A stretch of DNA of 64,000 bases. Origin: Syntrophales bacterium (GTDB taxonomy: Bacteria > Desulfobacterota > Syntrophia > Syntrophales > PHBD01). The notes beneath the pieces were generated by a model, which worked only from the letters and a program-made list of their open reading frames with translations, was not told the DNA's origin and made no database searches. Below are positions 29,765-38,625 of this stretch, piece by piece. Made by a program: the position numbers and the translations under genes. The DNA is taken from NCBI GenBank assembly GCA_963668175.1, contig OY764159.1:1184001-1248000 (forward strand). Direction: 5' to 3'. Position 1 is the stretch's first letter. Every line of letters starts with the position of its first letter.

Positions 29765-30631
29765 CTAATCGCCCGATTTCCATTGTCCGCCTTCCTTGAC
29801 GAAGGTGAACCAGGTATTGTCCCCGCACAGGGCCACCGCCCGGTCGTCCCGGACGACGACGCGCTTGAGGGATTTGAGGGTTTTTTCCAGGTCTTCGGCC
29901 CCCTCCTTGGCGAACGCCTTGACGCTCTCTTCCGTCAATTTTTCCATCATGACGGCGTTACGGCGATTCGCCTGTTCGCTGGATACGGCCTTGATCCCTT
30001 CCAGATCGCCCTTTTTCATGGCGGCGATTTTCTGCCGCAGGACCTTGATCTGCGGGCTTTCCTGGGCCTGTTTGCCTTTCACGTCCGCCGTAACCGGCAA
30101 CTCCTGGAAAAGCGGGGCACTGAATTTTACCATGTACGATAACTTCGGCAGTTCCTCGCTGCCTGACGCCCGATCCTCCGTATGTGCGACCTCTCCCGAG
30201 ATACGGGTCTTCGAAATCGTAAGTCCCTTCAGGGGCGGCTTTGCCGTATCGACGAGAGAAAGGGTCATCAGGGTCAAGCCTTCCTGAGGGGGTTTGGCAA
30301 GGAGCGTCACCAGCACTTTGCTGCGGTCTTTGGGGTCGAACTGGAGGAGCAGGCCCGTCACCCGGCCTTCCTTGGCCAGTTCGGCTACCGGCAGGAAGGC
30401 AATCCCTCGCAGTGACTCCTGCGGGATTTGCCGGTCGGCAAGGACGATACGGATCTCCCTGGGTCTATCCAGCAGGCCTTCGGCGTTATCGTGATAATGG
30501 GCGTAGGCCTCCGTTAACGCCACCTTCGTTTCGTTCATCGTCAGCACGCCCTGCGCCTTGCCGGGATCGATGGCATGGGCCGACGGGCAACAAAAGAATA
30601 TCAAAGAAGATATGACTATGGCTTTTTTCAC
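29765..30631 (-). CDS. Exported hypothetical protein
   Basis: AAGGAGGA RBS before GTG; signal peptide ending AHA; 288 aa. Confidence 0.75.
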   Translation of the reverse strand: MKKAIVISSLIFFCCPSAHAIDPGKAQGVLTMNETKVALTEAYAHYHDNAEGLLDRPREIRIVLADRQIPQESLRGIAFLPVAELAKEGRVTGLLLQFDPKDRSKVLVTLLAKPPQEGLTLMTLSLVDTAKPPLKGLTISKTRISGEVAHTEDRASGSEELPKLSYMVKFSAPLFQELPVTADVKGKQAQESPQIKVLRQKIAAMKKGDLEGIKAVSSEQANRRNAVMMEKLTEESVKAFAKEGAEDLEKTLKSLKRVVVRDDRAVALCGDNTWFTFVKEGGQWKSGD

Positions 30632-30794
30632 CGAAGTATCCTCCTTACCGGGAATCACCTCCGGCGGGCGCGCCGGGATATGCCCGACGGTCACTTCCTG
30701 CGACGCCTTGATCCTTATCCCAATTTACGAAGAATCACGGCCGGTTGTCAACGAGATTTTGCAGAGTCTCGCGTGCGGGGATTATTTTCGAATA

Positions 30795-30876
30795 ATACTA
30801 TATATGGATATATAATCGTTATCTTCTACTATATATTGTGTTTTTTCTTGACTTTTTCCATGAAAGTCCGTATACT
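30795..30876 (+). promoter_or_regulatory. Tandem NrdR-like boxes followed by a consensus sigma-70 promoter
   Basis: ATACTATATATGGATA (30795) and CTACTATATATTGTGT (30826), 31 bp apart; TTGACT-N17-TATACT at 30848-30876. Confidence 0.6.
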
Positions 30877-30882
30877 GACATC

Positions 30883-31006
30883 ACCCTGAAATAAGAGATA
30901 CTTATACGGCTTATTCTTGTGCCTGAAACAAGAGGCGGCTAAGTATCAACATATCTATGGACCAAGGCGGCCGGTTGCCTGACGATTGTTCCCGGCCGCC
31001 TTTTCT
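30883..31006 (+). ncRNA. Candidate structured small RNA or attenuator leader
   Basis: Lies between the promoter and a terminator (AAGGCGGCCGG/CCGGCCGCCTT-TTCT); stems GATACTTA/TAAGTATC and TCTTGT/ACAAGA; no RBS-led ORF. Confidence 0.45.
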
Positions 31007-31258
31007 ATGGTCCCGAGGGCAATATCCGCAACGGGGACAACATACGGCAAGATATCCCGTCGATGCCCGATTCAACGTGTTCGGGCCGGGTCCCTGCCGA
31101 TTTTTTCGACATTCGACCTGAAATCGGTTATTGTTTGTGAACGGCGGCTTAAAAGGGAACCGATTGCTCTTCTGTTAGATGCATTCAATCCGCATGGAAT
31201 CAGATGGAAGAAATGGTAAATCGCCGCTCATATGGCAGACGCATTAATGGAGGCATCA

Positions 31259-32284
31259 ATGAAGACAGTCAGGTTGGGCAAGACGAATCTGATGGTTGCC
31301 GAGTTGGGATTCGGCGGTATTCCCATTATCCCGTTGTCTGTGGAAGAAGGGGCGGCCGTCGTCCGCCACTGCTACGATCTCGGGATTACCTTTTTCGATA
31401 CGGCGAATATTTACGGAGACAGCGAAAAGAAGATAGGGATTGCCCTTGCGGATGTCCGGGGCAAGATCGTCCTCGCCACCAAGTCGCTGCGGCGGGACGC
31501 AGAGGGCATAGCCGGCCATATAAGCAGCAGCCTCGAAAATCTCAGGACGGACAGGCTCGATATCTACCAGCTTCATAATATCTCGAACGACGATACGGTG
31601 CGGCAGATCTTCGCCCCTGGCGGCGCTTACGAGGCGGCGGAAAAAGCGAAACGGGAAGGAAAAATCCGTTTTATCAGCTTCTCCTCCCACAACGTGGCCA
31701 TTGCCATTAAGATGTGCCGCACGGGGCGGTTCGCGACGGTTCAGATCCCGTTCAATTTTATCGAAACGGAGCCGGCGGACGAACTTTTTCAGGTCGCCCG
31801 CGAACTCGACATGGGGATCATCGCCATGAAGCCCCTGGGCGGAGGACTCCTGGAACGCGCCGATCTCTGTTTCAAGTTTCTACAGCAATATCCGGAAGTC
31901 CTCCCGATTGCCGGCGTCGCCTCCAGGGAGGAGATGGACGAGATCGCCACCCTGTACCGGGCGCCCCAGCCCCTTTCCGAGGCCGACCGGGCCAACATGG
32001 AAAAGATCAGAGCGGAGCTGGGGAAGCGCTTCTGCCACCGGTGCGGTTACTGTCTGCCCTGCGAGCAGGGCGTCAGAATCCCCGAGGTGATGATGTTCCG
32101 GTCCATCCTGAAGCGGATGCATCACGAGCGGGCCGTCAATTTCTCCAAAGACCCGCTCGGTACGGTGGAATCATGCACCGAATGCGGCGAATGCATTGAA
32201 CGCTGCCCCTACGATCTGCCCATACCGGAGATGCTGCGGGAGAACCTGGCGCTGTATCAGGAAGCACTGCGCCGCCGGAAATAA
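31259..32284 (+). CDS. Aldo/keto reductase with C-terminal Fe-S motifs
   Basis: GFGGIPI, FDTANIYGDSE, IAMKPLGGG; CHRCGYCLPC and CTECGECIERCP. Confidence 0.92.
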   Translation: MKTVRLGKTNLMVAELGFGGIPIIPLSVEEGAAVVRHCYDLGITFFDTANIYGDSEKKIGIALADVRGKIVLATKSLRRDAEGIAGHISSSLENLRTDRLDIYQLHNISNDDTVRQIFAPGGAYEAAEKAKREGKIRFISFSSHNVAIAIKMCRTGRFATVQIPFNFIETEPADELFQVARELDMGIIAMKPLGGGLLERADLCFKFLQQYPEVLPIAGVASREEMDEIATLYRAPQPLSEADRANMEKIRAELGKRFCHRCGYCLPCEQGVRIPEVMMFRSILKRMHHERAVNFSKDPLGTVESCTECGECIERCPYDLPIPEMLRENLALYQEALRRRK

Positions 32285-32328
32285 ACCGGCTGCAGGCTCA
32301 CTAAAAAACGCCCGTTAAGGATTCGAAA

Positions 32329-32796
32329 ATGAACCCACAGGAAATGGAAGAAAAAGCGGAGGCCCTGTTCGGCGACCTTTACCATTGCAGCCAGGCCGTC
32401 CTGGCGGTCGGGCAGGAAAAGCTGAACGGCGGGGTCAGTGCTGAATTGATCAGGGCGATGGACGTCTTCGGCGGGGGGCTCGGCGGCCACGGCGAGACCT
32501 GCGGGGCGCTCGTCGGAGCCCTGGCGGTCATCGGACTTATGGATGGGCGCAGCGCCGGAGGTCAATATCCCGAGATGAAGATGTGGATAGATGCCCGCGA
32601 ACTGGTGAGACGTTTCCGCACGGAGATTGCCGGCGGCCATATCCTCTGCCGGGATATCGTCGCCGTGGACTGGACGGACCCGGATCAGGTCAGGGCATAC
32701 CGGGAAGGCCCGAAGCGGGAAATCTGTAGGAAGCTTACCGGCCATACCGCCAGGCTTGTCGGCGAGATCATCGAAAAGGCCCGGGCCTCAACGTAA
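32329..32796 (+). CDS. C_GCAxxG_C_C family putative redox protein
   Basis: HCSQAV, FGGGLG, TCGALVGA, LC, IC. Confidence 0.88.
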   Translation: MNPQEMEEKAEALFGDLYHCSQAVLAVGQEKLNGGVSAELIRAMDVFGGGLGGHGETCGALVGALAVIGLMDGRSAGGQYPEMKMWIDARELVRRFRTEIAGGHILCRDIVAVDWTDPDQVRAYREGPKREICRKLTGHTARLVGEIIEKARAST

Positions 32797-32867
32797 AAAA
32801 TGTTTGCTTGCCCTCTTTGGGACCCGGTCAGGCCGGATCAATCGGCCGTTTCCGGCCGCTAAAGACG

Positions 32868-33596
32868 TTATCGGTTTGATTCTTTTCTTCTTACACCGTA
32901 CAGGGTCCGGCCGTGGCGGTAGTATCTCGACAGTTTTTCCGGCGACACACCAAGAAAATAGGACGCGATCAGAAACCAGTTGCGAAGAGTGGTGTAGGCA
33001 ATGCCTTCCGCCTCCCATCGCCGCGGCGATGTCGCGGCCGGTTCCGGTATGATGTAAATCCGCCTTCCCGCCTTCTTGAGGTTGCGCATGAGGGCGACGT
33101 CCTCCATGAGCGGAATCGGGGGGTAGCCGCCGATCCGTTCGAACGCCTCCTTCCGGATAAAGATGGCTTGGTCGCCGTAGGGAATTCTTGTCAGGCGGGA
33201 ACGGAGCGACGCGACGCGGGATATCAGCCGTAACGGAAGCCTCGTCGAGTCGATCCTGAGGTCGAAGGCGCCGCCGTCAATGTCGCCCGCCGTCATGACC
33301 TTATCGATGAGCGTCAGGGCCCGACGGGGCAGTCTCGTGTCGGCGTGGAGAAAGATCAGGTAGCGGCCCGCCGCCGCCGCGGCTCCCGCATTCATCTGGC
33401 AGGCCCGTCCCCGCGCCGACGACAGGCGTCGCGCCCCTTCGTCGGCGACGGCATGGATGGTATCGCCCGAGGAACTGCCGTCGACGACAATCACCTCCCC
33501 TTCTCCGGCCCTTTCCAGGGAGCGGATATGACCGATCAGAGGATTGATCGCATCGGCTTCGTTTAAGACGGGAACGATGAAGGAAAATGTTGTCAT
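32868..33596 (-). CDS. TIGR04283 family glycosyltransferase 2 (arsenosugar biosynthesis-associated)
   Basis: IVPVLNE, GRACQMNAGA, FLHADT, YGDQAIF, PLMEDV, TSPRRW. Confidence 0.88.
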   Translation of the reverse strand: MTTFSFIVPVLNEADAINPLIGHIRSLERAGEGEVIVVDGSSSGDTIHAVADEGARRLSSARGRACQMNAGAAAAAGRYLIFLHADTRLPRRALTLIDKVMTAGDIDGGAFDLRIDSTRLPLRLISRVASLRSRLTRIPYGDQAIFIRKEAFERIGGYPPIPLMEDVALMRNLKKAGRRIYIIPEPAATSPRRWEAEGIAYTTLRNWFLIASYFLGVSPEKLSRYYRHGRTLYGVRRKESNR

Positions 33597-33654
33597 CCGG
33601 TCTCACAATTTCTTGAATCCGCCACAGGATCGCTTTCCTGCCGGCGCCGGTATC

Positions 33655-35118
33655 CTAGGTTTCCGAGGGTGGATTGCATGCCCTTCCCTTGAGGTGGAAG
33701 AGGAAGCGGAGAATCCCCCGCGTCCGGTCGCTGAACAGCTTATCGGCGTAATACCGTCCGGCGGCCCGCTTCGATATTTCCGACAGGGTCGGATAGAGGT
33801 GTACCGCCTCGGCCATCCTGGACAGGCCGAGGCCGCCGCTTGCGGCGACGATCCATTCATGGATGATCTCCCCGGCCCGGTGCCCGGCAATCTGGCATCC
33901 CAGGAATTTTCCCTTCGGATCAATCAGGATCTTGATCTTGCCCGCCGTTTCCCCCTCCGCAAGGGCGCGGTCGTTTTCGCTGAAGAGTTCTTCCTCGATG
34001 CGATAGGGTATGCCTTCTTTTGCGGCCCGCTGTTCGTTGAGCCCGATACTGGCCACCTCGGGGTCGGTGTAGATACACCAGCCGACCTTCCTGTGGTCGA
34101 CGCGCCTGGGCAGCCGCAAAACGGCGTTTGTCAGGGCGATACCCGCCTGGTAGCCGGCGGCGTGGGTGAACGGCATAAGGCCGTTGACGTCCCCGCAGGC
34201 ATAGATATGCCGTATGTTTGTCCGCATGCGGTCGTCCACCGGGATATGGCGGGGGCCGACGGTTATCCCGGCTTTATCGAGATCGAGTCCGTCCAGATTC
34301 GGTTTCCGGCCGACCGCTACGAGGAGGGCATCGCCTGCAATGACCTTCATTCCGCCGCCGGCCGGGGCGGCCGTTACCTGCACCGCCGTTCCGTCCGCCG
34401 CTGCCTTGACGGCCCGCGTGCCTGTATGTATTTCGACGCCGTCTTCCCGGAGCCGGGCCTGGACGATGGCGGACATGTCGGCGTCCTCCTGCCCCATGAT
34501 CCGGTCGGCAAACTCCACGACGGAAACCGAAGACCCCAGCCGGGCGAAGGCCTGGGCCAGCTCCAGACCGACGGGCCCGCCGCCGAGAACGATCAGACGG
34601 GCGGGCAGGTCCCTGAGGGAAAATATCGTTTCGTTGGTGAGGCAGGGAACGGAGGCGAGGCCCTCCAGGGGCGGAACGACGGGGCTTGATCCCGTGGCGA
34701 TGATCCAGCTTCCGGCGCTGATTCTTTTGTTCTCAAAAATGACGGTGTGATCGTCGGCAAAACGGCATTGGCCGAAACGGACATCGACGCCTAATCCGCA
34801 GAAACGTTCGGGGGAATCCTGGCTCTGGATTGTCTCAATGACCGAACGGACACGGTCCATGACGGCCCCCAGGTCGACCGGCGGCCGTTGAATGTCCGGC
34901 AGGCCGAAGGCAGGGAAACGTTTGGCCAGGGCCCAGAGGCCGGCCGTGCGGATCAGCGTCTTGGATGGTACGCATCCGTGGTGGAGACAGTCCCCGCCCA
35001 GTTTGCCCGATTTTTCGATCAGGATTGTTTTTGCCCCGAAGCGGGCGCCGCCGGCCGCTGCCGTGAGGCCCGCCGCACCGCCGCCGATGATGCCCAGATC
35101 GTAATCGAAACCGGCCAT
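33655..35118 (-). CDS. Flavoprotein disulfide reductase (mercuric reductase-like/LpdA class)
   Basis: GGGAAG, GGDCLHHGCVPSK, GGGPVGLE, HLYPTLSE; lacks NmerA domain and C-terminal Cys-Cys. Confidence 0.88.
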   Translation of the reverse strand: MAGFDYDLGIIGGGAAGLTAAAGGARFGAKTILIEKSGKLGGDCLHHGCVPSKTLIRTAGLWALAKRFPAFGLPDIQRPPVDLGAVMDRVRSVIETIQSQDSPERFCGLGVDVRFGQCRFADDHTVIFENKRISAGSWIIATGSSPVVPPLEGLASVPCLTNETIFSLRDLPARLIVLGGGPVGLELAQAFARLGSSVSVVEFADRIMGQEDADMSAIVQARLREDGVEIHTGTRAVKAAADGTAVQVTAAPAGGGMKVIAGDALLVAVGRKPNLDGLDLDKAGITVGPRHIPVDDRMRTNIRHIYACGDVNGLMPFTHAAGYQAGIALTNAVLRLPRRVDHRKVGWCIYTDPEVASIGLNEQRAAKEGIPYRIEEELFSENDRALAEGETAGKIKILIDPKGKFLGCQIAGHRAGEIIHEWIVAASGGLGLSRMAEAVHLYPTLSEISKRAAGRYYADKLFSDRTRGILRFLFHLKGRACNPPSET

Positions 35119-35296
35119 ATCTGTCCTTTCCTTATGATTTTCTCCGACCCTTCTCAGATATAAAGTAACAAAGTGGACCCCCCGTCACAACAGAAATTCT
35201 CTTGAAGGATAAACCGGTGTTTTCCCCCTTTTCCGGCGGAATGCGCCGGTCGGCAGGTGTCGCCATCCGGTTGTGCCCCTAACGATAAAAATTGCC

Positions 35297-35325
35297 TTGT
35301 AATACGTGTGGTTATTCCGTATAAT
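35297..35325 (+). promoter_or_regulatory. Sigma-70 promoter for the octaheme cytochrome gene
   Basis: TTGTAA-N17-TATAAT. Confidence 0.6.
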
Positions 35326-35372
35326 ATGAAAAGGTTGGGTATCGCTCAAAACTTTTTTATTGGGGAGGCGCC

Positions 35373-37013
35373 ATGAAAAAATATGTTTGGGCAATCGGTG
35401 TTCCCGTCTTTATCCTGGCCGTCATCTCTTTCTCCATCCGTCCGGGTGTTCCGGCCCAGAAGTCCCCTGCGAAGCCGCAGGGGGCCGCCGATGCGGAAAA
35501 ATGCTACCAATGCCACGGTCCCATCAAGGAGCTTCGCCAGATGGGAAAACATGCAAATGTCGCCTGCGCAAGCTGCCACTCCGGCCTGGATCGCCATTTG
35601 CAGAGCTACTCCGCCCGCCCGGTTACCGAGAAGTCCTGGAAGGCCTGCGGCCAGTGTCACAAGGACCAGTACAACTCCTCCATGAAAGTCTCGTATCTCC
35701 GGCCGGCGAGGGATGAAAAATCGCTGCCCACGGGGCGTTCTCCCAATCCCCTCTGGGAAAAGCTGATGATGGGCCATCCTTTCACCAAGGAGCATTCGGC
35801 GCCGAGAAGCCATCCCTGGATGCTGGTGGATATCCTTCTCGTCGACCGGGCCTTCGGAGGCCGTTTCCAGCCCCGCGAAGACTGGCGATACGTCAATACG
35901 AAGCCCGACGTAAGCGTCTGGGACATCGTGGTCGATAAATATCCCGACATCAAGGAACAGAAGCCGATCCTCCCCCAAACCGGCGCCGGGGCGAATCCCG
36001 TCTGCTTCCAGTGCAAGAGTCAGGACCAGATCCTCGACTGGGCCTACATGGGCGACCCGGTCAAGGGGGCGAAGTGGTCACGGACCTCTCCCGTCCTTGA
36101 ATTTGTCAAGGATCTCAAGCACGGGGCCAACTGCTATACATGCCACGATCCTCATGCAACGAAGCCCCGGATCGTTCGCGACGCCCTGATCGATGCCCTG
36201 ACAACACCGAACGGCGATACGCTGTGGCACAAGGACCCCAAAAGAACGGGTTTCAAGGTCGTTGCCATGGGTATGAGGGGCTTTACGCGCAAAATCGCCA
36301 TTCTCGACAAGTACGACTCCCGCCTCCTCTGCGGCCAGTGCCATGTCGAGTACGCGTGCAATCCCGGTACGGACCCCAAGACCGGACAGCCCATTACGTA
36401 TGCGGACCGCCGCACCAACCATATTCCTTTCAAGGACGTCTTCGCCCTCTACGACCATTACACGAATATCGTTCCCTTCCTCGACTTCCGTCATCCCCTG
36501 ACGGGGGCCTTGCTCTGGAAAGGCCAACATCCGGATACGGAGGCCTTCTACGCCTCGAAACACGGCCGGGCCGGCGTCAGTTGCGACGACTGCCATCTGC
36601 CCAAGGTCCGGGACAAGAATGGCAAGGTCCTCTATACGTCCCATTACGCCGTGACGCCGAAAGTTCAGCTCCAGACGACCTGTCTGCGCTGCCATCGCGG
36701 CTGGACGGAAGAGCAGGCCCGGTATGCCATTGAGTCCGTCAAGGCCCACATCAAGGGCAAGATGCGAAAGGCCGAATTCTGGCTCGCGGCTCTGATCGAC
36801 AAAATCGTTGAGGCGAGGAAAGCCGGCGTGAACAAGGACATCATTAAGAATGCCCAGGATCAGCACCTGAAAGCCCATATCCTCTGGGAATTCTGGACGG
36901 CGGAAAATTCGGACGGCTTCCATAATCCGGAGATGGCGAAACTGTCGCTGACCAAGTCGATCGACGAGGCGCAAAAAGGCATCGCCATGCTCGACAAGGC
37001 CATGAATCCGTGA
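35373..37013 (+). CDS. Octaheme cytochrome c nitrite reductase (NrfA superfamily, ONR type)
   Basis: Seven CXXCH plus one CXXCK (CFQCK); CGQCHVEY, AENSDGFHNP; N-terminal signal. Confidence 0.9.
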   Translation: MKKYVWAIGVPVFILAVISFSIRPGVPAQKSPAKPQGAADAEKCYQCHGPIKELRQMGKHANVACASCHSGLDRHLQSYSARPVTEKSWKACGQCHKDQYNSSMKVSYLRPARDEKSLPTGRSPNPLWEKLMMGHPFTKEHSAPRSHPWMLVDILLVDRAFGGRFQPREDWRYVNTKPDVSVWDIVVDKYPDIKEQKPILPQTGAGANPVCFQCKSQDQILDWAYMGDPVKGAKWSRTSPVLEFVKDLKHGANCYTCHDPHATKPRIVRDALIDALTTPNGDTLWHKDPKRTGFKVVAMGMRGFTRKIAILDKYDSRLLCGQCHVEYACNPGTDPKTGQPITYADRRTNHIPFKDVFALYDHYTNIVPFLDFRHPLTGALLWKGQHPDTEAFYASKHGRAGVSCDDCHLPKVRDKNGKVLYTSHYAVTPKVQLQTTCLRCHRGWTEEQARYAIESVKAHIKGKMRKAEFWLAALIDKIVEARKAGVNKDIIKNAQDQHLKAHILWEFWTAENSDGFHNPEMAKLSLTKSIDEAQKGIAMLDKAMNP

Positions 37014-37091
37014 AGGCCGGTCCGGCCGTTCGCATCAGTGTCGCGGACGAGGGGAAACGGCATCTCGCACCGGAAGCAGGTGGATGAAGTA

Positions 37092-37283
37092 ATGAGAATC
37101 AGGATCGAAAAACGTTTCTGCCAGGGCTGCGAGCGCTGCGTCAATATATGCCCCGAGGTCTTTCGGATGTGGGGCGAATTTCTCAAGGCGAACTTCGAAG
37201 TGACGGAACCGGAAAAACACCGTCAGGCCGTCATCAGGGCCATAGAGGAATGCCCGTACGATGCGATCGCCGTCGATTTATGA
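37092..37283 (+). CDS. Monocluster ferredoxin
   Basis: CQGCERCVNICPEVF...ECPYDAI. Confidence 0.85.
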   Translation: MRIRIEKRFCQGCERCVNICPEVFRMWGEFLKANFEVTEPEKHRQAVIRAIEECPYDAIAVDL

Positions 37284-37299
37284 CGGCTGTTGTCGTCCC

Positions 37300-38295
37300 T
37301 CAGGCGGAAGCCACGATAAGCCCTGAGCCGCCGGGCGGCTTGAAGGGCAGGCGCCTGATCTTCCGGGCGCCGGCGTCCGCCAGCATGTCCATGATCTGTT
37401 TCTCCGAATAGGATTGCCCCGACTCCGTTCCCAGAAGCATGTTGAGAGAGAAAAGGGCGGGATGGAGGGGGCCGTCCATACTGTCGTCAAGAATAAATTC
37501 GTGAACGATGATCATGCCTCCCGGCGTCAGGGCGGTCACAGCCTTCCCGATGATTTTGCCGCACGTCTCCGGGCCTTCTCCGTGCAGGACCTGGGAAAGA
37601 AGGACCACGTCGTAATCGCCGCCGATATCGTCCCTGACGAAATCGCCCTCTCTGAAGGCGATACGGTCGGTCAGGCCGAAACGGTCCACCGTCTGCTTAA
37701 AGAAGGACCTCGTCGTCGGCAGATCGAAAACGGTGGCCTGAAGGTCGGGGTACTTCCGGCAGAAATGGACGGCGTACGTGCCCGGGCCGCCGCCCAGGTC
37801 GAGGAGATGGCGCCTGCCGGCAAGATCCACCTCCGCAGTGACGAGGGGGGCGACCTTCATGGCGATGTTGAACATACCCATCAAGAACCATTCCCGCTGC
37901 TCGTCGCTTCCCATGAACGATCGCGACCGGTTCGGACGGCCCGATTTCACAACCTCGTCGAGGTGCGACCAGAATTGCATCAGGTGGTGATGATGGAGGA
38001 TGATATAGCCGATGTAATCCGGCGAATCTTTTGAGAGCCAAATCCTTGCCGCATCGGTATTGCGATAGGTATCTTCCCTCTTTTCAAGGAGTTTCATTGC
38101 GGCCAGGGCATTCAGGAGCCTGGATGCCGCCCGGGGATCCGCGGCAATTCGTGCGGCGATCTCGGAGGCGCTCAAGGTTTCCTTGCCTACGGCCGTGAAG
38201 ATATCGAGGCTGACGGCCGCCTGAAGCGTGCAAATCTGCCAGTAATCGCTCGACAGATGAAGCAGGTGTTCGCTGCTCCATGGATGTGTGTCCAT
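37300..38295 (-). CDS. O-methyltransferase family protein with dimerisation domain
   Basis: LLDLGGGPGTY, VFDLP, GDF, LSQVLH. Confidence 0.9.
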   Translation of the reverse strand: MDTHPWSSEHLLHLSSDYWQICTLQAAVSLDIFTAVGKETLSASEIAARIAADPRAASRLLNALAAMKLLEKREDTYRNTDAARIWLSKDSPDYIGYIILHHHHLMQFWSHLDEVVKSGRPNRSRSFMGSDEQREWFLMGMFNIAMKVAPLVTAEVDLAGRRHLLDLGGGPGTYAVHFCRKYPDLQATVFDLPTTRSFFKQTVDRFGLTDRIAFREGDFVRDDIGGDYDVVLLSQVLHGEGPETCGKIIGKAVTALTPGGMIIVHEFILDDSMDGPLHPALFSLNMLLGTESGQSYSEKQIMDMLADAGARKIRRLPFKPPGGSGLIVASA

Positions 38296-38625
38296 AACCC
38301 CTCCCTCTTGGCAGGTACCGGTCCGCCCGCCTCCATTTTCCAAGATTTTCAACGTCTGGGGTGATTATAACCGGTTTTATCCGCTTGTTCCATCATAATC
38401 CGTCGGAAGAGCGGCGCCCGTGTTCCTGTCGTCCTTGATGCCGCCCCGAAAATGGCAAAGGAAGAATTTCCCCGGCGTGAACAGGGCACTGCCGGGCATT
38501 ACACCCCCGTCGGACCGCTGTAGAGGCAACCGGCCGGGATTTCAACAATAACCGCGCGATTGAATTGACTTTGCGGGGTATTCATGTTAGGCAACGCTCA
38601 ATTTAAAGGAAGACGGGAACCGGCC

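Noticed and set aside
32329..32796. Selenocysteine in the C_GCAxxG_C_C protein or other TGA-ended genes
   Set aside because: Motif positions are ordinary Cys codons; other TGA stops I examined end complete proteins
26133..35118. Classical mer or ars resistance operon, or hgcAB methylation locus
   Set aside because: No merT/P, arsB/acr3/arsC or corrinoid HgcA motif; MerR lacks Cys and the reductase lacks the C-terminal Cys-Cys
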